Origin: Botryllus schlosseri
Lineage: Eukaryota
Reading direction: 5' to 3'
Length of the DNA: 64,000 nt
Assembly (NCBI GenBank): GCA_051294905.1
Contig: CM119381.1
Coordinates: 14,198,001-14,262,000 of the forward strand
The position numbers were made by a program, and so were the translations under genes. Positions 28,282 to 39,345 of the stretch are shown piece by piece. How positions within the stretch are numbered: the first letter of the stretch is position 1; every line of letters starts with the position of its first letter. Below the pieces are notes generated by a model that ran no database searches, was not told where the DNA came from, and saw only the letters and a program-made list of their open reading frames with translations.

Positions 28282-30399
28282 TCATGATTCAGACGCTATC
28301 TCATGTTTGGAAGGCAATATTCCGTACTGCACGAGGTACTCCTCCAAATCGGGAGCGTAGAAATCTTCGCCCAAAGCGTCACTGATTCGAACGAAATTAC
28401 CTATCACCAGATTTTCCTTGTAGACAATGATGGTCGGAAGTCCGTTTTCAAGGAAATTCGACGACATCTGGGCTTCCCGCACGTTTATCTTACAGAATTT
28501 GACGGTTTTGTATTTGGCCGCGAGGACCTTCATGCAGCCGTTGACAGTGACGCAAGCCGGCGTGTCGTCGTCGTAAATGTGTATGACGACGGTTACAAAT
28601 CCTTTTTCGTTCTCGATAGCCTCTACAAAGTTTTCTCTGTTCAGCTCGACGACGTTGCCGAACGCAATCTCGGACCAGCGCGACGCGTACTTCTGCTGAA
28701 TTTCCAAGATACGTTTTTGCTTATACCATTCCATGAACTGCTCGTCGTCGTCTTCTTCGTCTTTCGCTATGTCGCTCTCGTTCTCTTCCCGGAAAGACTT
28801 GCAAGTCATCGCCAATTTCTTGCACAGTTCGGTTTTTTCTCGGTTGTTTTTTTCCCTTTCTTCCACCTCTAATTGTTTGTATCTTCGCCAGTCTTCAATA
28901 ACTCCTTTTGGTCCTGGGTGAAATAAAGTGTTGCCGGTTAATATGAACAATATAATAACAATAAAGTCGCTCTAACTTAAAGTACAATAATCGCAATGTT
29001 TTTACTGCTGCTACCATGTTTCAAAAAATGTTGCAGGTGGAAATCACCAAAGGTGGTCAGTAACAAAATAATTATACTTTTTTGGGGTATTCCAGTAGGT
29101 TTCGCCTACTTGTACGACATAGACCACTTCCACTACTACGTGAAATTACTTACTTTTACGCCTTGTATTTTGTAAAGCAGAAAGTAGTTCTAGGATAGGT
29201 TTGCATCACCATTACGAGAAAGAGCCTCTGTACCATAGTAACAGAAGATATTTTGGAAAATTACGCTTATTTGTAGCGCCATCAAATCATTTTCAGTCAG
29301 TCACAAAAATGCACCCCGCAATTTTGAAATAATCCAGCTCCGATCCATTGATAAAAACAAAATATGCGACACCTCGACCAAATCTACTCCATGAAACTGC
29401 TTACTTGAGTACTTTTCGTACCCTCAGTATAAACTTGAATTAGTCTTGACATGTCATGAAAATCGCAACTTCTACTTGTAATTGAGTAGGAATTTACGCC
29501 GTTACTTCTGGTTTTACTTGACTACACGAGTATCAATGTTGACTACTTTGGGAAATCACAGGTTACTTCTGATGTTTTATAAGTAGTCCTGACCCGCATA
29601 ACGCTTGAAGTGGCATTCAACATTATTTAAAAGCCAATCATTTTTCAAAGTGATCAAAGCCGTTCCATATGCTAAGAACAGAAGTATAAATAGTCTTTAT
29701 GCATATGTCTCTACACCTTACATAGTATGTACGATTGTACGGTATGGACGATATCGGTGGTTATCAACTGATACTAACCTAGGAAACACTTGCGCTAATC
29801 TACAAACATTCTCGGAACACCATATTTTTGCCGAGTGATAAAACAAAAACCAAGCCTACCATAATATCTACACATCAAATACATCACATTACTATAGATT
29901 ATTCAAATGCTGTAGTGTAAGCTAAGGTGGGTGCCTGATTAATTAAAAGACTACTTACTCCAGGTCGTTTCGGCACCCTCCTACCTTTTCATTATATCGC
30001 AATCTTGTGGTGTATTGATTTGATAAGAATTTGAATAAACCGATGATGATGTTGAGAGTAATGGTGCACAAAATGATCTGTACCTCAACAGAGTGTTAAA
30101 AAGTACAAAGCCATTGAAATATGATTCCCACACAAAACGAAAACATTATGATGAATATTTATGGCAAATCATTGCGAATTATACTGCTCCCTTTCAGACA
30201 CCAGTTCAGAAATGCAAGGCTTCATCTTAGTATATGTACCTGTTTGAATAGCTCTCTCATTTCTTCTTGCAGACTGGCTGATCCCAGATCTTTCAGGAAT
30301 AACGGATTGTGGACTTTCATCTTCACTATCTTCATCTGAACTGCAATAATTATGAGGCTTTTCGCCCAACAGTTTATCGTCCATACTTTGGAGAGCCAT
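28282..30399 (-). CDS. PDCL: Phosducin-like protein 1 (PhLP1), 263 aa, two coding exons
   Basis: Exons 30240-30399 (MALQSMDDKLLGEKPHNYCSSDEDSE...QT) and 28282-28913 (GPKGVIEDWRRYKQLE...thioredoxin-like domain VVIHIYDD...CVTVNGCMKVLAAKYKTVKFCKI...LPTIIVYK); phase-1 GT-AG junction recreates the conserved TGPKGVIxDWR motif. Confidence 0.95.
29048..29594. mobile_element. Degenerate copy of the CAGAGGTGGTCA hAT-MITE family in PDCL intron
   Basis: Starts CAAAGGTGGTCAGTAAC with the family's TACTT/AGTAG-rich subterminal repeats at both ends. Confidence 0.6.
29700..30050 (+). mobile_element. Decayed 3' end of a CR1/L2-clade LINE
   Basis: 3'UTR block AGGTGGGTGCC...AAGACTAC...TCGTTTCGGCA matches 32738-32790; ends AATAAAC followed by (GAT)n. 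Confidence 0.55.
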
Positions 30400-32154
30400 G
30401 GCTGTTTGACCGGTACGTTTTATATATTATTATGCTAAGGTAAAAAAGAAAAGGTAGTTTCAGACTGAAACAAGTTGTGTTGCAGTTTACATAATAAGCA
30501 ACAAAATGCAGCATATCGGAAGACTTTTCCAATGTGACTAATGTTTACGCTTGTCATGTGTCTATTGGTCTATCTGGAACTGGCAATTCCAAACTGAATG
30601 TTAGGGTCTTGCTTATATGCGACGCCCTTGTCCATACACAACATTCTCTGCCTCTATGCAGCCTTCCTCGAAATGAGGTTGTAGATTGGTAGCTAGCTTG
30701 GATGATAAATTTATAATTTATAACAAAAAATCATTCAGTAAGCTGCTAATCCGAGTAATCCCATGTATTAAACCACAATTACATGCCAAGTTGATGCAAT
30801 TTTCATTTGGGTCAATAATGAATCTTGCTATTAAGCAAATGACAGAACAAGAAAATGTGAACTTTTATGAAAGCAAAACAGATTCAATTTTGCCAATGTA
30901 ATGCGAATGTCAAATTTAAAATAATAGAAGCTTAACGCCTCAAATTATGGCAATATACATTATTATTATTGTGGCTAATTTGGGATGATTTTTCAAGACC
31001 TCCAAGAATCACAATACAGTAATAAAAGATACTACAAAAGTCCTAGAAAATATTCCCAAGTTGGAATCCCAACAACTTTTGTATAAATAAAGCAAGGGAC
31101 CCGAAATCCTATATTTAAATATTTGTACTGCAACATTAATCTCGGGCCGAACCAAACACAAATTCAAATTAATAGTAGCTTCAAACCTAGCGTTCAATTG
31201 TTTTGCAGAAACATATGTTCAGAGGACCTGTATGAAAATTCCCGTACCGGTACACCCAGAACCAGAAGTAAATCGCATGGTGAATAATGTCCAGGTCAAA
31301 TACATCAAGTGACATAGTCCCGTTCAAGTGTCAACATAATTCACGCAACTTTGTCGAAAAAATTAACACCGGTAGCCTAAACACTTTTGGCTGCAGCCTG
31401 CACCCTGCAGTTGTGGTCTCCTTGAATAAAATCCCTCTAGCAAATAACATTTTGCTATATCAAGCAAGCCTATATAAATTCTCTTGAACATAACGAATAT
31501 ACTACATTTAAAGTAATTCGTTTGTGACATATACATCTTTGGACTTTGGAACAGTTGTGCAACATGAAATAATGATCATCCGAATTCGGGTTTCAAAGGC
31601 TATATGCGAAAACGGTCGGCCAGCTATAGGTGTTTGCAAATTATACAGGGACGTCTGGTGACAATTAATTTCTCGTGAACACGGGGCGTGATATTTTTAA
31701 CTCCCTTAGCAACATCGATATTATTGACACTACTTTCCCTCGGTAGTTAGCAAGGCATGGTGAACCAACTAATTGCACGAAAATATAACTATCTTTAGAT
31801 CAGTAGCCAAACGTCTAAAAATATGCTACCAATCCCAGAATAGTCGAGCCAAACGCGTTTCAAAAACGCCAAAATCGTGAATATCAACAGCCATCAAGGC
31901 AAGCCCGCAACCAACCGATGGAAACTGCGATGCTCAGAGTGCCAACTCCGAATGAACCAAAATCAGAGCTGAACTGGTGTTTAAAATCGCTAGATGTCGC
32001 AAAATCGAGCAAATATCGCTAAATTGAATCAGAATATTCAGACATAGCAATTTACAACGTAGCTAAAAAAAGTCGACTTTCTGGCTCAAATCCCGAAAGG
32101 CTGCCGGATCGTTAATTGAGTGCTCATTTCCTATATCTCAGTCCAATTTTCAAA

Positions 32155-32287
32155 TACCATTTAACCAAAATTTTCAAAAAGAGGACAAATCCTCAAAAAA
32201 GAGGATATTTGGGCCTCCTCCGAGGACACTTTCAAAAAAAGTCAAAAAAGAGGACAAATCCTCTTTAAAGAGGACTATGGTTACCCT
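32155..32287. mobile_element. Right-end fragment of the TAGGGTTACCAT hAT-MITE family
   Basis: GAGGAC-rich subterminal repeats ending ATGGTTACCCTA; reverse complement of 35973-36100. Confidence 0.7.
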
Positions 32288-32319
32288 ATATAAAGGCTAT
32301 GCAGCATGCATGGTCTGCG

Positions 32320-32870
32320 GATCATGGTCATAACCACTCGATATAGGCGTGTTACGAACTATGCCGCTGATAGGGACGATACGACACACGCGGCTGATAC
32401 GACAAACATGCGTCCACGTCGTCCAACTATCATATGTTTGACTAAAAAGATCATCGCTCTATCAAAAATGCCGGACCTGAAGTGTGGAACAGTATCTCGA
32501 CGGCTATCCGACAGTCGTCGACCATGTCCACTGTCCAGCTGCCCCCATTCAAGTCGAAATACGAGCAATTTCTGCTGAATGAATACTAGTCAGCCCTCAT
32601 CACCATTTACCGGACCACGTCCTGACACATCGATCTCGCCTTCCATCAATTGCCACCTGATTTTATCGCTTGACACTTTATATTATCTTCTTTTACTTTC
32701 ATTCAGTGTGCATGCCTCCTCTTTACATAGCCTAGGCCTAGGTGGGTGTCCGATCTTAAGACTACTCCTAGTCGTTTCGGCATCTTCCTATCATTCATTG
32801 TATTGTAGTCTTGTGATGTTTTGAAGTGATGAAATTTTATGAATGAACTTGAACTTATACTCGAGTCATT
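32320..32870 (+). mobile_element. 5'-truncated CR1/L2-clade LINE fragment (RT C-terminus plus 3'UTR)
   Basis: Frameshifted HGHN-TRYR motif, then KDHRSIKNAGPEVWNSISTAIRQSS...FKSKYEQFLLNEY*, typical of the CR1/L2 ORF2 C-terminus; 3'UTR shared with 29920-30050; ends in TGAACTTGAACTT. Confidence 0.7.
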
Positions 32871-33797
32871 GCACATGAATCGGACCAAGTCATGTGACTC
32901 GAGATGGGTCTATCAAGACAGGCATTTCATTGTCATTTCGAAGAATAGTAAAGTTAGCACACTACTATTATTTCGTGTATCAGTACTGGTCTGAGTTGTA
33001 GCCAAGTCACAAGGCTCCGAGTCACAAGTTAATCTCACTTTTATAGTTTTGCCTCGATCGAGTCATTTTCAATTCACCACCGAGTCAAGTCCGAGAGCAG
33101 AGGGTGGAGACCGAGTCATGGTATTATGACTCTCGAGTCCGTTTCCAAGCCATTGTGTTGACTCTTGACTGATGCTCACTTTCCAGTAAAAGTCTTGGTA
33201 AACTATAGGGTTACCATTAGAGGTGGTCAGTAACGAAGTACTTCTACTTTTTTGAAGTAGGCCCTACTCAAGTAGTTTCCTCTACTTCTGGTACTTACTC
33301 AAGTAGATCTGATTTTCGCTACTTCTACTTCGTAATATTTTGTGATATACTTAATTACTTACTTTTCGCTATTTTCAGTTTGTCAAGTAGAAGTAGTTCA
33401 ATCTTCCAATCAGGAAGATAGCCTGAGAATTTTCGTCGCGCCTCGCGCGCAGTGCTGGATACGGAGTGACCAGTATGATTTCACGAAAGTATCCGTGAAT
33501 ATACTTTCCGGTAGAGGGTTGGCGTGATTCTGTTCACACTACCGTGTCGCCCTTCGTCCATATCAAATAATTCATCACAGTATATATCGTTTGAAACTGA
33601 TGTTTCGCAATCTAGCATTCATATCGTTATCTAGCATGTCCATGACGGACTTCTTTTTAGTTTCAAAGCTGTTTTAGCATACCACCTTTGAAACTTTCTG
33701 GACTAAAAACATGAAATACTTGTTCTGCTTTTAGAAGTAGTATTTATATTTCACTTTCAATTCCCTGTAGGCTATCATATACTTCGAGTTATAATTA

Positions 33798-35449
33798 TTA
33801 CCGACGCAGAGTTACTCGTGATTACAACAAAAGACACATAGTAGTACCTGGACATGAGTTCAAGGTGGGAGATCGCGTCTGGATTCCGGACTGCAAATCG
33901 CAGGGTGTTGTGGAAAAACTTGACACTGACACTCAACCCAGATCCTTGGTTATCAGAACTGGGCGTGGCACCTTCAGAAGAAATCGCTGAATGGTGCGAA
34001 GATACCAGACGGAGAATGCCCCGCAAGAAGGCGTCTACATTACCGCCAGTGAGGCAGCTGAATTCTTCAAATTTCCCAATCAGGGAGGAGATAGCAGTTC
34101 GAGCGCTACTAGTGTCGATCGCGATGACCATCATGAAGCAGCGATAGTCCGACGGTCGGATCGGAACAGAACCGCACCTCGCAGATACATCGAGGAGTAC
34201 TGATGTAGTTATTGGAGTAGTGTGTTTAAATATGTTGTGTTCTTCATTCACCTTTTGCCTGCCAATTGCTTCATACCTTTGCAGTGTTGCGATGACTCGA
34301 GTCACCTTTTTCGCATGACTTGACTTGACTCGAGTCACTTTGCTAAAATGACTTGACTTGACTTGACTCGGCACATCAGAAATGTGGATTGACTCGTGAC
34401 TCGGACCAAAATTCACGAGTCAATTTCAAGTCATTAAGTAATAATCGGTGTGGATAAAAATCACTGTATCTTGCATATATTCGGATTGTTCGCAAAACGC
34501 TGGTGTAACCCGTGAGAGCGAATAATCATTCAAATATTGTGCGTTTCACTAAGTCTCGATTGTTCTCTCACAAATAAATTGACCGCAAACGAAGTGATTG
34601 AAGCTTACAGCTTACGTATTCGTAACTTGAGTACTAAATTAATAAAATAGCGAAATGTCTATATTTCTGTTCTCTGTTCTTACCTTAACCAAACCAAACC
34701 TTTTGTCTTCTTGAAATCGAATATAGTTTATATAGTTCTCAATCATTGGCGCAGGCTCGAATTGTATCATCAATTTGTAAATGGGTAATGTGTTGCATCT
34801 TATAATAATGTTTGTCTATTCTCTATTTTGGCTGGTAACTATAAACTGAGGCTATGCAAATACGTATAGTTTAACAGTTCTACGTATATGTGAGCGATAC
34901 AGCGTCTTCTTGCGAGTATATTTAACTATGTATTCGTTCATCGGTTCGGAAGTAATGACCACTCAATCTGTATTTCAGACAGCTAGCAAATTGCAATGAC
35001 GTAATAATGCATCATGCTTCGAAAATGCAACTTGACTTGAAATGTGACTTGACTCGTGACTTGACTTGACTCGACTTGACTCGAGTCACCTCCAAAAATC
35101 GAGTGACTTGACTTGACTCGAGTCACCTTTGAAAATCGATTGACTTGACTTGACTCGAGTCAAAATGTGCAATGACTCGAAATGACTCGTGACTCGAAGG
35201 TAGTGACTTGATCCCAACACTGTACCTTTGTACCGCTAACTGCCTCAATTCGGATTGTTTATTGTCTTCATTCTGTGCTTGCGTTGTATATGTTGTGCTG
35301 CTTATAAGCTTTTGTGCTTGTCCCGAGAAGGGAGATGTAGTGGTAGCTCTATGGCGCCACTAGGGTGTGACGACATCGCAGGTGCTTCGGTGCTTGGTCG
35401 TCACTGAATACATGGCTGCTTGAGAACTACACGTCTCGTATATTAGACA
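33798..35449 (+). mobile_element. Gypsy/Ty3 LTR retrotransposon 3' fragment (integrase C-terminus, PPT, short 3' LTR)
   Basis: Frame 33802-34203: RRRVTRDYNKRH...FKVGDRVWIPD...PRSLVIRTGRGTFRRNR*...RRSDRNRTAPRRYIEEY* with one premature stop; polypurine tract GAGAAGGGAGA 35325-35335 directly followed by TGTAGT; LTR ends in CA at 35431 (ACTACA) or 35449; no 5' LTR. Confidence 0.8.
34282..35222. mobile_element. hAT MITE (941 bp) with GACTTGACTCGAGTCA subterminal arrays, nested in the Gypsy fragment
   Basis: TIR CAGTGTTG / CAACACTG; perfect 8-bp TSD TACCTTTG at 34274-34281 and 35223-35230. Confidence 0.9.
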
Positions 35450-35972
35450 GATGTGCAACATTTTACAATTCATGTGAACGAATTAGGATCGTTATCATAA
35501 CTACTTACTTACTTGAGTAGGCTACTTTTAAAGTCAGTCAATTCTACTTCAAGTAGTTTTAGGTTGCTAATGGAAGAAGTACTTCTACTCGTACTTGAGT
35601 AGATTTCTTGACTACTTTGACCGCACCTCTGGTTATTATATTGTGGAATCGGGAAAGAAGGACACTTTTTCAAAATTTTCAAACTCAGAATACCGGAGGC
35701 AAATCCTGAAAAATTCAAAAAACTTTCCACTTCGTGGTCGGTTGACTAAAAAAGGTCAGCTTTCCGGCTCAACTCCAGAAATACAGTTTTTCTTTCACGC
35801 TTTACGTTGGATGACTAAAAAAGCATCATTTATTCTCATTTTCAGTCGAATCTATCCACTATCATAGCTCTAGGCAGCTCTAAGCAGTAAAGGAGGACGA
35901 ATTGCCGAAAAGGAGGACATTTAGGCGTCCTCGGAGGACATTTTCAAAAACCTGAAAACGGAGGACGTATGG

Positions 35973-36411
35973 TAGGCTTACCATACGTCCTCTTTTAAGA
36001 GGATTTGTCCTCTTTTTTGACTTTTTTGAAAGCGTCCTCGGAGGACGCCCTTTTGTCCTCTTTTTTGAGATTTTGTCCTCTTTTTTGAAAATGTAGGTCA
36101 GATTTAGAGCAAATTGCGAGTGATATACCGTAAATTAGTACAGAAGTGACGCCCCGGAGGGTATTTCGGAGCGAAAAACGCTATATTGAGCCCCGAACGG
36201 AAAGATGACCTTTTTTTAGTCATCCACCTAGCAATGCGGAGAGAAAAACGGTATATTGAGCTCTGAGTGCGGAGAGATGACCTTTTTTTTAGTCAACCGG
36301 TCGCAAAGTGGGAAAAATTCACCGGTTTTTGAGAACTCTACTCCGGTTTTGCAAGTCTCAAATTTCTGAAAAAGTGTCCTCTTTTTAGATTTCCAAAATA
36401 TGGTAAGCCTA
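35973..36411. mobile_element. hAT MITE (439 bp), TAGGCTTACCAT family, inserted into the right TIR of a related copy
   Basis: TIR TAGGCTTACCATA / TATGGTAAGCCTA; perfect TSD ACGTATGG at 35965-35972 and 36412-36419. Confidence 0.9.
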
Positions 36412-36423
36412 ACGTATGGTAAC

Positions 36424-36568
36424 CAATATTCCCTCTAAGCTGCGCACATGCGCAGTGCTGACACGGTCTTTGCGCACATAAAATCTACGTTGCGCACAAG
36501 AAATCCGAAGTGATGACCTTTTTTTAGTCGTTACGCGCTCTTGTCCAAGGGTCCAAGAGAAAACATTG
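36424..36568. mobile_element. Tiny hAT MITE (145 bp)
   Basis: Imperfect TIR CAATATTCCCTCT / AGAGAAAACATTG; perfect TSD ATGGTAAC at 36416-36423 and 36569-36576. Confidence 0.85.
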
Positions 36569-36679
36569 ATGGTAACCCTAGTCCTACGCTAAACCCACAT
36601 TTTATACCTCTGTTTGGTGATATCGAATGGTTCGCATTTATAATATACTGATTTTCCTCACTTAGATAGCAGTTTCTGG

Positions 36680-37904
36680 CAGAGGTGGTCAAAGTAGTCA
36701 ACAAAACTACTCAAGTAGACGTAGAAGTAGCGAAAATCTACTCAAATACAAGTAGAAGTACTTCTTCCATAAGCCACCTAAAATTACTTGAAGTAGAAGT
36801 AGAATTGACTGACTTTAAATCTACTCAAGTAAGTAAGTAGTTTTGAAAGCAGTCTTAATTCGTTCTCATGGACTGTCAAAAGCTGCAAATTGAGCTATAT
36901 GTGGAAGGTGCAGAGAGCTTGATTTGTATTGATGCATCCTAGGAGGTATCAATTTTCGACAGAATAAGCATTCTTTCGCACCATGGTATTCAAATCATAG
37001 TATTGATACGAAAATGCGATACTAACCCATTGTTTACTAGAAGAACCCGTTTTAGGAAATATTATGGCATGATGGCGCCCGACCCCACATTATAAGGCCC
37101 CAAGTAGGCGAAGTGCAATACTAAGAAGTTCTATCGGATACGGTTTCAACACTTTGCGCGATTAGTATACGTTAATAACAAATATTGTGGATCGTAAAAT
37201 TTATATTTAGTGGAGATTTATTTTAGGAAAAGAGAGGCACTTGAGGGACAGTTGCTCCTATGCTTCAACATGTATGTTCTGCAGGCAAAAGAACTGAAAG
37301 TAATTAGAACTCAAAGTATATGATACTCGGAAATGAAAGTGGAATACAAATACCACTTGTAAAAAGCGCAAAATATTATTTAATTTCTTTTTTCCATAAA
37401 GATTCAAATGTGATCTGCTAAAACAGGAGTAACGTTAAAAAAGCCGGATTTTTCAGATAAGCAGAACACGTCATGGGCTGCTAGATTCCGAAACGGTAGT
37501 TTCAAACGTTATGAAATATTTGATATGGGCGATAGATAATGCGGTGTGAGCGGAACCAGGCAATCCGGTACCTAAATTATATTCACTGATAATTTCGTGT
37601 AAACATATATGTAACTTCAAAACTACTGTGCGCGAAGCGCAACAAAATTTCTGGGCTTTACTTGACTTTTATGAACATTAAATGTTAGTACTCCGTGAAA
37701 ACAGCACCGAAACTCATGCTATCTTTGGTATTGGGATATTTAACTACTTCTACTAGACAAACTGAAAATATCGAAAAGTAAGTAAGTAGATCACAAAATA
37801 TTACGCAGTAGAAGTAGAGAAAATCAGATCTACTTGAGCAAGTACCAGAAGTAGAGGAAAACTACTTCGAAAAAGTAGAAGTACTTCGTTACTGACCACC
37901 TCTG
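36680..37904. mobile_element. Full-length hAT MITE (1225 bp), CAGAGGTGGTCA family
   Basis: TIR CAGAGGTGGTCA / TGACCACCTCTG; perfect TSD GTTTCTGG at 36672-36679 and 37905-37912; AGTAGAAGTAG subterminal repeats. Confidence 0.92.
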
Positions 37905-39345
37905 GTTTCTGGTCGCATTTTCAAGTACCAGTAGGCCAGCTACCAATAGACGAAATCCCATTAGTGAGGTTACTTGACTATTCTTCGAAATGTCAATGAA
38001 ATGTAGGTCATGGCACTAAGTCTCGAGTCACATGACTTGGTTTGAGTCATGCGCAATGACTCGAGTCCAAGTCGACTCAATACACAGATTGAATCGAGTC
38101 GAGTCATTTCCGTATTTTGATAAAATGACTCGCGTCAAGTCGAGTCATCAGAAAATCGTCTCTCGAGTTATTACAACCCTGGTACTGCTACTTGTAAATG
38201 CTACCGGAAAAATGTTATAAGTTAGGAAAATTAGTATATTATGAACGCGAAACATTCGATATCACCGAGCAGATTTGTAAAAACTGGGTTTCACGTGACA
38301 TTAACTCGGAACTGCACAGTCAACATAATGACTTGGACTCGAGTCTAAACACTACACTGTAAAAATTAAAGGTGGATTTTAGGGTGGAATTAGGGTGGAA
38401 ATATTGTTTCCGCCCATGATCAAAGGAGGGTGACTATAATACACCTCCTGAAAGGTGATATCCTTCTTTCCACCCCTATTTGACTGTGGATGATGAATCT
38501 GCCTTTACGCGTGAGGTGCGCATACGGGGTTGTTGTCGCGAAATTTAATGCGTTTGCCCAAGGTGGCTGGTTAAACACACATATGAAGGCCGGAAGGACA
38601 TTGGTATGTAATATGTGACCCTCATATCGGTACACAGAGACAGCGAGATAATAGTTATAAGCCATCGCGCAACCGTGCACAATCATTGAATGAAAATCTC
38701 TATCTTCATTGCGGGGAGCAGATATTTGTTCAATGTTCAGTTTGAAAGTGTTGGAATCAAAAATTATTCAATCGTCCGTTGGTCGTCCGCTGTACTAGTA
38801 GTTCGTCCGTTACTATGTATATGTTATGTTACTATGTTACTACGTATATTAGTTATATGCCGTTACCGTATATAGTTAGAAGTTTGTTGTTGCCATTGTT
38901 ACGGTGCGAGTTACTGAGTCTGCGATTTTTACTGTGACGTCAGAATGATACAAACGGTGAATGAAATCGTCAGACTGATGCCTGCTTCTGATTGGTTGTT
39001 GTATCACTAAAAAGTTCGGGTGGTAAAAAGATGGCGCCGACAACACAGTTGTCTGCGACAAATTTTGTAGTAAGAGAAGCGAGTTTTTTTGAGTCCATGG
39101 AGTATACGAGAGGGAGATAGTTGGCTTTGGATTATGGATTGGCGTTGTCATGCTTGTATTAGAAATGCGTTATCGTGTTGGACATACTTGCCCAGCCTGT
39201 CAAGTCTTCGGCTGTGAAATTGGATCGTGCAATCACGTTGCCACGGCATGCAACAGCTACAGATGCCATTTAGATTCTCATCACATGACGGTGCAGGCCA
39301 GATATTCATGAACATTTGCTAATCAATCTGTCTGTTTAGGTAGCC

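Larger units (their letters stand above)
33218..35631. mobile_element. hAT MITE (CAGAGGTGGTCA family), inverted relative to 36680-37904, carrying a nested Gypsy fragment
   Basis: Ends TAGAGGTGGTCAG / GACCGCACCTCTG; imperfect TSD GTTACCAT (33210-17) / GTTATTAT (35632-39); 33218-33795 and 35450-35631 match the reverse complement of the 36680-37904 copy. Confidence 0.8.
33206..36580. mobile_element. hAT MITE (TIR TAGGGTTACCAT/ATGGTAACCCTA) expanded by three nested insertions into its TIRs
   Basis: Left TIR 33206-33217, body resumes at ~35640-35972, right TIR pieces at 36412-36423 and 36569-36580; an outer TSD was not found. Confidence 0.75.

Noticed and set aside
28303-28872. 189-aa plus-strand ORF
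   Set aside because: Antisense shadow of PDCL exon 2; no recognisable motif.
35030-35200. Regular GACTTGACTCGAGTCA repeats resembling a CRISPR array
   Set aside because: Subterminal repeats of a TSD-flanked hAT MITE; no unique equal-length spacers, eukaryotic context and no cas genes.
38396-38400. TTAGGG telomere-like hexamers near 38380-38400
   Set aside because: Only two non-tandem copies, part of the CACTA-like GGTGG subterminal repeats.
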